Positions 54,977 through 64,000 of a stretch of DNA of 64,000 bases are shown here, piece by piece. How positions within the stretch are numbered: the stretch's first letter is position 1; each line of letters begins with the position of its first letter. The notes beneath the pieces are model-generated. The model saw only the letters and a program-made list of their open reading frames with translations, was not told the origin of the DNA and made no database searches. The translations under genes were made by a program, and so were the position numbers. This stretch comes from Candidatus Bilamarchaeaceae archaeon (GTDB lineage: Archaea > Micrarchaeota > Micrarchaeia > Anstonellales > Bilamarchaeaceae). The stretch is from NCBI GenBank assembly GCA_038870635.1, contig JAVZJR010000002.1, positions 76,929 through 140,928 on the forward strand, read 5' to 3'.

Positions 54977-57103
54977 ATGGATATTAAAATGAGTCTTGAG
55001 TTGTATTTAACCTCTCCTTCTTCGGAAGAAGAGGTAGATGATGATATAAAAGAGTTGCTAGTTTTGGCTAAATCTAATAAAGATATGGCTGTTCATCTGC
55101 GAACTCGCTACGGTGTTAAAGCTGTTAAGAAGTTAGTGGAAAAGGGGTTTTTTGATGTTTTAGAAATGATTTTCAAAGACGCGCAGTACCCTTTCCTTGT
55201 TCGATATATCGCACTGAAGAGGTATCTGAAGATGTATTTAGAAAAAAATTGTGATTTTTATGATTTATTGTATTTCTATGAAGATAAAGAGGAGCAGTTG
55301 TCTCCTGGTATGAAACGTCTTGTCTGTAATGAAATTCAGTTGGTGAGTAGAAGATATATTAAGAAGTTAGCAAAAGAAGGAAATTTTTATGAATTGATTG
55401 AAATATCTAAAGATGAAAATTTACCAGAAACCATTAGAAATACTGCTAAAGATAATATTGAACTTGCTCACATAAAGTATGTTAATAAATTAGCACAGAA
55501 AGGAGATTTTGATAAGTTGATGAGTATTGCTGAAAATAATGAATTGTCAGAAAATATAAGAACGATTGCTGGTCTAAAAATTGTAAGTCGGTTTATAGAT
55601 AACTTACAACTATCTCAACTAATTTCTTTCTCCCAAAATGAAAAGTTGCCAGAAACTGTTAGAAATACTGCTAAAGAGAATATTGAATCAGTTGGTATAC
55701 AATATGTTAATAAATTAGCACAGAAAGGAGATGTTGATAAGTTGATGAGTATTGCTGAAAATAATGAATTGTCAGAAAATATAAGAACGATTGCTGGTCT
55801 AAAAATTGTAAGTCGGTTTATAGATAACTTACAACTATCTCAACTAATTTCTTTCTCCCAAAATGAAAAGTTGCCAGAAACTGTTAGAAATACTGCTAAA
55901 GATAATATTGAACTTGCTCACATAAAGTATGTTAATAAATTAGCACAGAAAAGAGATTTTGATAAGTTGATGAGTATTGCTGAAAATAATGAATTGTCAG
56001 AAAATATAAGAACGATTGCTGGTCTAAAAATTGTAAGTCACTTTATAGATAACTTAAAACTATCCAAACTAATTTCTTTCTCCGAAAATAACAACCTATT
56101 AGAAACTGTTAGAAATACTGCTAAAGATAATATTGAATCAGTTGGTATACAATATGTTAATAAATTAGCACAGAAAGGAGATGTTGATAAGTTGATGAGT
56201 ATCGCTAAAAATAATGAATTGTCAGAAAATATAAGAACGATTGCTGGTCTAAAAATTGTAAGTCACTTTATAGATAACTTACAACTATCTAAATTGATTT
56301 CTTTCTCCCAAAATGAAAAGTTACCAGAAACTGTTAGAAATATTGCTAAAGATAATATTGAATCAGTTGGTATGAAATATATTGAGAAGTCTGTACAAGA
56401 AGGAAATTTTTATGAATTGTTGTTTATGTCTCAAAATAACAACTTACCAGAAACTGTTAGAAATATTGCTAAAGATAATATTGAATCAGTTGGTATGAAA
56501 TATATTGAGAAGTCTGTACAAGAAGGAAATTTTTATGAATTGTTGTTTATGTCTCAAAATAACAACTTACCAGAAACTGTTAGAAATATCGCTAAAGATA
56601 ATATTGAATCAGTTGGGATACAATATGTTGAGAAATTAGCACAGAAAGGAGATTTTGATAAGTTGACGACTATTGCTAAAAATAAGAAATTACCAGAAAA
56701 TATAAGAACGATTGCTGGTCTAAAAATTGTAAGTCACTTTATAGATAACTTAAAACTATCCAAACTAATTTCTTTCTCCGAAAATAACAACCTATTAGAA
56801 ACTGTTAGAAATACTGCTAAAGAGAATATTGAATCAGTTGGGATACAATATGTTGAGAAATTAGCACAGAAAGGAGATTTTGATAAGTTGATGAGTATTG
56901 CTGAAAATAATGAATTGCCAGAAAGTATAAGAATAAGCGCAATGAATAAAGTAACCAATAATACTCAAAATAAAATAGCTGGAGACGGAATATTATCCGA
57001 AGTAAATCCTAAGATTAAAAAATTATCAAAAAGATTATTAATTAAAGATAAAATAGGAGATGCGAAAATATATAATGATAAAAATAAAAAGACCCCCGGG
57101 TAG
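54977..57103 (+). CDS. Helical (HEAT-like) tandem-repeat protein
   Basis: 41-aa and 34-aa modules with LPETVRN.AK / LSENIRTIAG. Confidence 0.85.
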   Translation: MDIKMSLELYLTSPSSEEEVDDDIKELLVLAKSNKDMAVHLRTRYGVKAVKKLVEKGFFDVLEMIFKDAQYPFLVRYIALKRYLKMYLEKNCDFYDLLYFYEDKEEQLSPGMKRLVCNEIQLVSRRYIKKLAKEGNFYELIEISKDENLPETIRNTAKDNIELAHIKYVNKLAQKGDFDKLMSIAENNELSENIRTIAGLKIVSRFIDNLQLSQLISFSQNEKLPETVRNTAKENIESVGIQYVNKLAQKGDVDKLMSIAENNELSENIRTIAGLKIVSRFIDNLQLSQLISFSQNEKLPETVRNTAKDNIELAHIKYVNKLAQKRDFDKLMSIAENNELSENIRTIAGLKIVSHFIDNLKLSKLISFSENNNLLETVRNTAKDNIESVGIQYVNKLAQKGDVDKLMSIAKNNELSENIRTIAGLKIVSHFIDNLQLSKLISFSQNEKLPETVRNIAKDNIESVGMKYIEKSVQEGNFYELLFMSQNNNLPETVRNIAKDNIESVGMKYIEKSVQEGNFYELLFMSQNNNLPETVRNIAKDNIESVGIQYVEKLAQKGDFDKLTTIAKNKKLPENIRTIAGLKIVSHFIDNLKLSKLISFSENNNLLETVRNTAKENIESVGIQYVEKLAQKGDFDKLMSIAENNELPESIRISAMNKVTNNTQNKIAGDGILSEVNPKIKKLSKRLLIKDKIGDAKIYNDKNKKTPG
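55360..56930 (+). repeat. Intragenic tandem repeats, 225-bp and 123-bp periods
   Basis: Anchor ta(c/t)(t/c)gctaaa at 55441, 55666, 55891, 56116, 56341, 56464, 56587, 56812. Confidence 0.95.
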
Positions 57104-57129
57104 TTCTCTATTTTTTATTTTTGAATAAG

Positions 57130-57218
57130 TGGGCCCATCCGGATTCGAACCGGAGATCTTCGCTGTTCTTATGATTTCCAATGTAAGAGCGACGTCTTAA
57201 CCACTCGACTATGGGCCC
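57130..57218 (-). tRNA. tRNA-Val(TAC) with 16-nt intron at canonical 37/38 (57166-57181)
   Basis: GGGCCCA...TCGCT-CTTACA^TTGGAAATCATAAGAA^C-AGCGA...TTCGAAT...TGGGCCC-A; BHB central helix CTTA/TAAG. Confidence 0.95.
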
Positions 57219-57220
57219 GA

Positions 57221-57313
57221 TAGCCCCGACCGGATTCGAACCGGTGTCAAGGGATCCAAAGTCCCCTATCCTTGACCGTTGTCTTTGATTTTATCAAACT
57301 AGACGACGGGGCT
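57221..57313 (-). tRNA. tRNA-Gln(TTG) with 20-nt D-loop intron at 15/16 (57279-57298)
   Basis: AGCCCCG-TC-GTCTAG^TTTGATAAAATCAAAGACAA^CGGTCAAGGAT-A-GGGGA-CTTTGGA-TCCCT...; BHB helix GTCT/AGAC with h' TTGAT/ATCAA. Confidence 0.93.
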
Positions 57314-57372
57314 TTGATATTTTTTTATTTATTAAACAGAAGATTAAAAAAGGATGACTTCTTTTTTTATTT

Positions 57373-57822
57373 ATGGAAGATGAGAAGAAAGAAGAAATCG
57401 CTTTGCCGCCACTTAAAAAAATATTAAGTTACCTCGCTCTTTTTTGTTCTTTTTTATCTTTGTTTTTAGTATTTGTTTTTGGTATTGTTGGCTGGTTTGC
57501 TATTGATAAAGTAGAGAAATCTTTTAGGGATTTTACTGATAATGGTTGTAATGCTTTTAAATCCGCTGCAGAAGGTTTAAACGACCTCAGCAAAAGCCTT
57601 TCTTCTAATCCACTTATTACTGCTTCTAGTGATTTTGCAAAATTTGATAAAGATATAACTGACTTGAAATCATACTTGATAAAAGAAAGTGATATCCTTT
57701 GCGGAAATGAATTACAAGGACAATTTGGGAATATTCGTTTTGGTTTTATTCTTTTAGTGTTGGCCGGTTTATTTACTTCTTTAGCATTTGTTTTAAATTC
57801 ATTGACGAATGTAATAAACTAG
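57373..57822 (+). CDS. Two-TM hypothetical membrane protein
   Basis: Two hydrophobic segments flanking a helical loop. Confidence 0.7.
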   Translation: MEDEKKEEIALPPLKKILSYLALFCSFLSLFLVFVFGIVGWFAIDKVEKSFRDFTDNGCNAFKSAAEGLNDLSKSLSSNPLITASSDFAKFDKDITDLKSYLIKESDILCGNELQGQFGNIRFGFILLVLAGLFTSLAFVLNSLTNVIN

Positions 57823-57831
57823 GTAGTCTTT

Positions 57832-58224
57832 ATGTCTGAAGATTTTTTAAAAAAATCAAATAAACTCGCAGTAGTTGGAGCTTCCAGGGAAAAAGAAAAA
57901 TTTGGTTACAAAATATATTTGACATTAAAAAAACAAGGGTTTGTTGTTTATCCTGTGAATCCTAAAGCAGATAAGATAGATAAAGATAAATGTTATCCTT
58001 CTCTTTCGTCTTTACCCCAAAAGCCAGATGTTGTTATTACAGTTGTGCCACCTAAAATTACTGAGCAAGTTGTAATTGAAGCAGCAAAACTTGGTATAGA
58101 CAAGATATGGATGCAACCAGGTAGCGAAAGTGAGAAAGCAATCGCACTATGTAAAGAGAAAGGAATAAAATTTATAGCATATACCTGTTTTATTGTAGAT
58201 GGATTGAAAATTAATTTTTTCTGA
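57832..58224 (+). CDS. CoA-binding protein (YccU-like)
   Basis: AVVGAS....K.G, VYPVNP, WMQPG.ES. Confidence 0.92.
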   Translation: MSEDFLKKSNKLAVVGASREKEKFGYKIYLTLKKQGFVVYPVNPKADKIDKDKCYPSLSSLPQKPDVVITVVPPKITEQVVIEAAKLGIDKIWMQPGSESEKAIALCKEKGIKFIAYTCFIVDGLKINFF

Positions 58225-59548
58225 AGACTAATGTTTTGAAGTAGTACTCCGGACTACCGCTATCTGGAATGTTTTGGTCTGCCTCAATCCCTATATAACT
58301 TATCGTCCATACCTCCCCCATTATTTTTAAAGTCTTTTTAAACTCACAATCTGGTTTTTGAGTAGCACTGCAATAGAGTGGGTAGTATCTTAGTACTTCT
58401 CCTTCTTTTCCTTCTATACCGTTTACCCAAATAGAGCCAACCCTCACTTTCGTATTAGATATCTCGGTAGCTGGGCCATATTGTTTTCCACAGTGATTTT
58501 CATTACTGCATTTGAACTCATTATCATTAACAATTAGACCAATGTGTGCGTCATCTGCATAAATATTAGCAAAGGCTCTGTACGCCGCTTTCTCATATCC
58601 TGCTGAGTAAGAAGTTCCTAGGCAGGCATACGCCGCACCATCTATCAATTTAATAGGGGGGTTAAATCCGCTGCACGTTAATGTATCATTTTGTCGTGGG
58701 ACAACAAAATAAATGAGTTTATTTGAATTTTCCACTTGTTGCAATTGAAGTGTTACGCCACCTTTAAAGTCCTCATTACTCTCATCAAAAGCATAGCCGC
58801 CTGTGTTGTGTTTAGGGAAAGGTATATTTAATTGAGGGAATGCTCTGACTAGTAGTAGATCTTTTTCTGTTTCCCCGTCTATGTTGAAAAAGTTAATAAT
58901 TACTTTACCTATTTTTGTTGGTTCAGTATTGCATGATAAATTAGTACCATCTCTTGCATAATACGTGTAACTAATTTTAATTTTATTTGTTGGCGCGTGA
59001 AGGCTTGGGTTATCTATTATAAGTTCACATGATTGTATTGAACCACTATCTTCTATTTCCACTCCCCCATCTTCTATGTTTTCAACATTTCCTGCGTCTG
59101 GGCCGATATCACTATCAAACGATGTGTCACTTCCTTTATCTCCTTCCTCTTCTATATCTTCTGCATCTATTATATCTTGGATATCTTGGCTGTCTATATC
59201 ATCGCCACTATCATCTTTACTACCACCATCGCTTCCATCCTCAATAATTTCTATATCATTTTCTGCATCTTTGTTTTCGTCATTAGCGTCGCTTTTTACA
59301 TCTTTGCTTTTTACGTCACCCTGCGCATCTGTTATTTCAACAACAGGTGGTTGTACTACGTCCTCGCCGCATTTCACGCCACCGATCATAATCAGAACTG
59401 TTATGCCTGCTATAGTAACGCTTTTTTTTATTTTTTGTAAGCTTTCTATAGCAGCTTCGCCGAGTCGTTTTATTAATTTTTTTGGTTTAGTTGTTTGTTT
59501 GGTTGTTTCATTCTTTTTTTCATTTTCATTTAAATAATTTATTTTCAT
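58211..59548 (-). CDS. Orphan putative lipoprotein with Asp-rich DAG/DGG/DSG linker
   Basis: Long basic N-region, hydrophobic stretch ending GGVKCG, about 110-aa Asp-rich segment. Confidence 0.75.
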   Translation of the reverse strand: MKINYLNENEKKNETTKQTTKPKKLIKRLGEAAIESLQKIKKSVTIAGITVLIMIGGVKCGEDVVQPPVVEITDAQGDVKSKDVKSDANDENKDAENDIEIIEDGSDGGSKDDSGDDIDSQDIQDIIDAEDIEEEGDKGSDTSFDSDIGPDAGNVENIEDGGVEIEDSGSIQSCELIIDNPSLHAPTNKIKISYTYYARDGTNLSCNTEPTKIGKVIINFFNIDGETEKDLLLVRAFPQLNIPFPKHNTGGYAFDESNEDFKGGVTLQLQQVENSNKLIYFVVPRQNDTLTCSGFNPPIKLIDGAAYACLGTSYSAGYEKAAYRAFANIYADDAHIGLIVNDNEFKCSNENHCGKQYGPATEISNTKVRVGSIWVNGIEGKEGEVLRYYPLYCSATQKPDCEFKKTLKIMGEVWTISYIGIEADQNIPDSGSPEYYFKTLVFRKN

Positions 59549-59665
59549 GATTTTATTTGTGTTTAGTTGTTTTTTTAAATATTTGTTTTTTTTACTTTTT
59601 TTAACATTTTTTATAACATATTTTTTTTTAAAAAGGTTTAAAAATATTAAGTTAGTAATACGTCT

Positions 59666-62600
59666 ATGCGACCGCCATATATTTTTATTTTATTTATGTT
59701 TTTTTTTGTTAGTGCTTCCTTTGCCTTAACAAACATAAATACTTGTACTGATCTTACAATTCCTGGCGAAACTTACAATCTTACTGCAAATCTTAATGGC
59801 AACCAATCAAACGGTATATGTCTTAATATCGTTGCTGATAATATTGTTCTTGAATGTAATGGATTTAACTTAACAGGTGAGGATAACGGAACTGGTATTT
59901 TTGCAGAGAATAAAACTGATATTTTGGTAAAAAATTGTAATATAAAAAATTATTTTTTTAATTTGTTTTTTTCAAATGTGAGTAATGGTTATGTTCAAAA
60001 TATTTCTTCTTCACGTGCTGCTGTCGCCGGTTTTATGGGCGATAAACTAAAAAATCTAACAATTAATCAATCTTATTTTTATGGAAATGAAAAGAACGTG
60101 TACCTCCTCTCCTCAAATAATAGTAGATTGTTGAATGTTACTTCTGGTTTTTTTGTCTTTCCTTTTCCAATTTCTCCCAAATATGGAATTTCTGTAGAGT
60201 CGTCAAATTACACAGAGATAAGAGATTCTTTTGTTTATGGCAGCCAAAGTGCAGGTATTTATCATTTGAATGGCAGATATTTAAATGTCCATAATTCTCA
60301 ATTAGGTGATGCTGGAGTTGGAAATAGTAAAAATAACGTTAGTATATACTTAGAAAATAGTTTAAATTCCAGCATAACAGCTAATGTCTTTTCTTTTCAA
60401 GAAAAGGAGCCCGAATTATATGGTATCCTCATAAGAAATTCAAATAGCTCAACCATTAGTTCTAATTTAATTAACAATTCTATAATTGGTATTGAAGTGT
60501 TTCTCTACACCTATGATTATTCTATTTTTAATAATACCATATATGTCCATAATGATAGTTCATCTTCGCCCTTTGGCTTTCAAGTAGGCATAGACGCCTC
60601 TTTCAGAGGAAAAATAGAGAATAATACTATTCAAGCATTTTGTTCTAATCCGTGTACGATGAATAATACTGTCGGTATAATTGTAGACAATTTCCATAAT
60701 TCTTCTAACCCAATAATTATATCTAATAACCATCTTTCTTATCTTAATTTTGGTATATACACAAGGCTTTTTGTTGGTTCTGCAAATATCTCTATTTACT
60801 CTAACAATATATCAAAAATAATCGCTTCTTCTACTTATGATGGTATTGCTTTAGATTTGGAGTATCTAAATTCATCTTTTATATCAAATAATATAATCAA
60901 TGAATCGATTTATGGTTTGTATGCAGAGTATGCACATAATAACACGATTTCAGGAAATAATATTTCCTATAGTAGTTTTGGTTTATATTTTAAAGACTCA
61001 AATTTTAATAATATATCATATAATTACGAAACTAATTCTACCTATGGTTATGTTCTTAATACAGCAGATATCAACATATTAAGTGGGAATACTGCTTTTA
61101 ATAATAGTAAAAACGGTTTTTATATAAGTGGGGGCGGTAATACTCTAGAAAACAACACTGCGTCTTTCAATAGAGAACATGGTTTTGCTATGATTGGTTC
61201 TTTTGATACTAATCTAACCAATAATTTAGCCTATAGAAATAGTGAGAACAACACTGATTACGCTGGCTTCTATATTTTTTTGTCCATTGATATTAACTTA
61301 GTTAATAACACTGCTTATTCTACAGGGCGTGGCTTTTGGTTAGCAGATTCTTTTAATACTTTATTAGAAAATAATACCGCACATTCAAACACCTATGGTT
61401 TATATTTAGAAAATGGCAATAACACAATTGCTTATAATACACATCTATATAACGATTCTCAATATGATTTGTATGTTAAAAACGATGGTATGGAGGATTT
61501 ATATCTTTCTTTTACAAATCTTACTATTGACAACCCGTTTGGTAATTTTAAAAATTATACCTCTTTACATCTAGACGATATTATAATGCATGGTGAAACG
61601 TATGAAATAAGTTGGACAAGTAATACGCAACCTTTGCCATTGGGGAGAAGACCGTTTGCTAACAAATTTGTAAATATATCTGCTTTGCATGGTTTGGTTT
61701 CTTTGGATACAGTCTCATGGTTTTGGTCAGATGAGGAGGTAACAAATGAAGGAGTATCCGAAGATAAATTAGAACTTTGGAAATATAATGAAAGCGGGTG
61801 GACAAGATTAAACAACTCACCTAATATTGTTTTTAATTTTATGACATTAACAAACCACAACCCTGCGAGTAAGTATGGCATTTTAGAAGAAGTCAATTGT
61901 CCTATAATATCGTCTTCTGGTACTTACTCTCAAAAAGCAAATATTGGTGGTGCGCCTAATCCAGCAGGCATAATAAGTGAGTCATATTACGCTTGTGTTA
62001 TAATAAACGCATCGAATGTTGAGTATGATTGTGCGGGTTACAACATAACAGATACTCCTTCAGGAAATTTAACTATTGGTATACTTATAAATAGTTCCGC
62101 AACTAATGTAACAATTAAGAATTGTAATATTATATCAAATTATACTTCTGCTGCTATATTAGTTTTTAATGCTTCTAACGCAACGATATTTAATACCACT
62201 GTCGTTAATAATATGAATGGTATTGTCTTCGTTAGTTCCAACTTTTCAAAGGTATATAACAATACAGTGGTAAATAATACTAATTCAAATTTTTATCTAT
62301 CTGTTATTTCATCTTATAACAATATTAGCAACAATCTTATAGCCTTTAGTGAGAGAGGTTTTCTAATTTCAAATGGTTCTTCTAATAACGTTTTTGAATA
62401 TAATATAATTCAAAATCATACTGACGGTGTTGATATTCTTTGGGTTGACTCATTTTTAAAAACACAAAACAACACATTCTATTCTAATGTTTTTTACAAC
62501 AATACCCAATTTGCTTTTATGATATTTAATTCTTCTTTTGATCATTATATATCGAACAGCATATCCGGTGGGGATGCTGGTTTTGTTACAGGGTTTGTGG

Positions 62601-64000
62601 ATAGTGCGATTTTTGATTCCAACAATGTTTCTAATACAACTTATGGTTTTTTCGTCTATCAATCCAATAAAAACAACCTCACTTTTAATCAAATAAATGA
62701 TAGTTATCTTGCATTTTTCTTAAATGAAAGTAGTTCTAACCTAGTAAGCACAAATAAAATGTATAATTTGACTTACGGCGCTTATTTTGTGTATGCTGTT
62801 GATAATACATTTAGTAACAATTCAATTCAAAATGTTTCAAGAGACGGTGTCTATTTGAGACTAGTTTCAAATAATAATTATATATACAATAATACCATTT
62901 TCAATACCGGCCGTTATGGTATTTACGTTGATACCACTCATAATAATACAATAGACTCAAACTTAGTCTACTACAATATAAATAATGCAATTGCCCTTGG
63001 CAATGCCCAAAACAATACAATTGCTAACAACACCGTCCACAGTGGCAATGTATATGGTATTTCATTATCTAATTCCTGGTATAACAAAGTCCTGAATAAT
63101 ACTGGTTATAATTATACCAATTCCTCTGCAGGTTATGTTCTCTACTTAACTTCAACTTCTCACTACAACAATATTTCTTATAATAAGTTATACAACGGAA
63201 GATATGCATATGTATTAGTAAGTTCATCTTCTAATAACATCTTATCTTACAACTATGCAGAAAATATGACAATCGATGGTTATGCTATTGGTGACAGCTC
63301 TTCTAATAATACTTTGATGTTTAACAATGCTACAAATTGTTCTGAATATGGTTTTCATTTCTACCTAAACGCTTCTAATAATACAATGGTCAATAATACG
63401 GCGTATTTTAATAAATATGGGATTGGTATAACATCTAATGCAACATTAAGTTGGCTATCTAACAATACAATACATTCAAATAATTTATACGGGTTATTAA
63501 TAGATAATGGTACTTATGTTTATGTTGAAAACGACCATTACTATAATAATACAAACGATATACGGATAGTCCGTGGTCCATTGGTATATAATCTTTCTAA
63601 AGTTATAATAGATAATCCTAATGGTAATTTTGAGAATTATACTGTTTTATCTTTAGATGATAGTGTTGGCGCAGGAGAAGAATATTATATAAACTGGTCT
63701 AAAAACTCAACTACTCTTCCATCTAATCATTTCTCATTTGCGAGTAAGTTTGTCGATATATCAATACTTTCTGGTGCGCCATCTATTGATTCTATTACTT
63801 GGCATTGGTTAGATTCTGAGTTAACAGGTTATAATGAATCTAAGTTTGAACTTTGGAAATACAATAGTAGCGGCTGGACAATGTTAAACAATACGCCAGA
63901 TATATCGAATAATGTTCTTTCATTAACAAATATGAATCCAGCAAGTACTTATGGCATACTGCAAAATAATGAATCAGAATGTATGGTAATAAATGAAAGT
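59666..64000 (+). CDS. Giant secreted beta-helix (NosD/CASH-like) repeat protein, at least 1445 aa, runs off right edge
   Basis: Manual start MRPPYIFILFMFFFVSASFALTNINTCTDLTIPGETYNL; same frame at window end (QNNESECMVINES); paralog of 694-3840. Confidence 0.88.
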   Translation, partial: MRPPYIFILFMFFFVSASFALTNINTCTDLTIPGETYNLTANLNGNQSNGICLNIVADNIVLECNGFNLTGEDNGTGIFAENKTDILVKNCNIKNYFFNLFFSNVSNGYVQNISSSRAAVAGFMGDKLKNLTINQSYFYGNEKNVYLLSSNNSRLLNVTSGFFVFPFPISPKYGISVESSNYTEIRDSFVYGSQSAGIYHLNGRYLNVHNSQLGDAGVGNSKNNVSIYLENSLNSSITANVFSFQEKEPELYGILIRNSNSSTISSNLINNSIIGIEVFLYTYDYSIFNNTIYVHNDSSSSPFGFQVGIDASFRGKIENNTIQAFCSNPCTMNNTVGIIVDNFHNSSNPIIISNNHLSYLNFGIYTRLFVGSANISIYSNNISKIIASSTYDGIALDLEYLNSSFISNNIINESIYGLYAEYAHNNTISGNNISYSSFGLYFKDSNFNNISYNYETNSTYGYVLNTADINILSGNTAFNNSKNGFYISGGGNTLENNTASFNREHGFAMIGSFDTNLTNNLAYRNSENNTDYAGFYIFLSIDINLVNNTAYSTGRGFWLADSFNTLLENNTAHSNTYGLYLENGNNTIAYNTHLYNDSQYDLYVKNDGMEDLYLSFTNLTIDNPFGNFKNYTSLHLDDIIMHGETYEISWTSNTQPLPLGRRPFANKFVNISALHGLVSLDTVSWFWSDEEVTNEGVSEDKLELWKYNESGWTRLNNSPNIVFNFMTLTNHNPASKYGILEEVNCPIISSSGTYSQKANIGGAPNPAGIISESYYACVIINASNVEYDCAGYNITDTPSGNLTIGILINSSATNVTIKNCNIISNYTSAAILVFNASNATIFNTTVVNNMNGIVFVSSNFSKVYNNTVVNNTNSNFYLSVISSYNNISNNLIAFSERGFLISNGSSNNVFEYNIIQNHTDGVDILWVDSFLKTQNNTFYSNVFYNNTQFAFMIFNSSFDHYISNSISGGDAGFVTGFVDSAIFDSNNVSNTTYGFFVYQSNKNNLTFNQINDSYLAFFLNESSSNLVSTNKMYNLTYGAYFVYAVDNTFSNNSIQNVSRDGVYLRLVSNNNYIYNNTIFNTGRYGIYVDTTHNNTIDSNLVYYNINNAIALGNAQNNTIANNTVHSGNVYGISLSNSWYNKVLNNTGYNYTNSSAGYVLYLTSTSHYNNISYNKLYNGRYAYVLVSSSSNNILSYNYAENMTIDGYAIGDSSSNNTLMFNNATNCSEYGFHFYLNASNNTMVNNTAYFNKYGIGITSNATLSWLSNNTIHSNNLYGLLIDNGTYVYVENDHYYNNTNDIRIVRGPLVYNLSKVIIDNPNGNFENYTVLSLDDSVGAGEEYYINWSKNSTTLPSNHFSFASKFVDISILSGAPSIDSITWHWLDSELTGYNESKFELWKYNSSGWTMLNNTPDISNNVLSLTNMNPASTYGILQNNESECMVINES

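Noticed and set aside
1..64000. Transposases, integrases, proviral genes, DGR or known defence systems
   Set aside because: No recognisable catalytic motifs, reverse transcriptase, terminal inverted repeats or TR/VR pairs seen by eye

Overview
AT-rich archaeal chromosome segment, most consistent with a DPANN lineage (probably Micrarchaeota; inferred from gene content and protein style, not from a marker tree). About 1-20 kb is an accessory and surface region: large beta-helix and Cys-rich secreted proteins, frameshifted uvsE and other decaying genes, an ArsR/thioredoxin/ArsP module, an ABC-2 exporter, MgtA and orphans. About 20-54 kb is mostly core: DGGGP synthase-like UbiA, L1-P0-P1, an EndA subunit, the S-layer gene, L15e, a complete A-type ATP synthase operon, MtaB, MetRS, and S19e-L39e-L31e-eIF6-LX-prefoldin-FtsY-Dph5. 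About 54-64 kb holds orphans, a 225/123-bp repeat protein, two intron-containing tRNAs and a giant beta-helix protein that runs off the window. The ORF track misses a rich RNA layer: two box C/D guide sRNAs (predicted targets 16S C1402, the 16S 3' end and tRNA-Leu(CAA) C34), one H/ACA guide, an L1 autoregulatory site, a pseudoknotted S-layer leader, a D-loop (15/16) tRNA intron, and a hairpin repeat array that duplicates the 5' end of tRNA-Glu.
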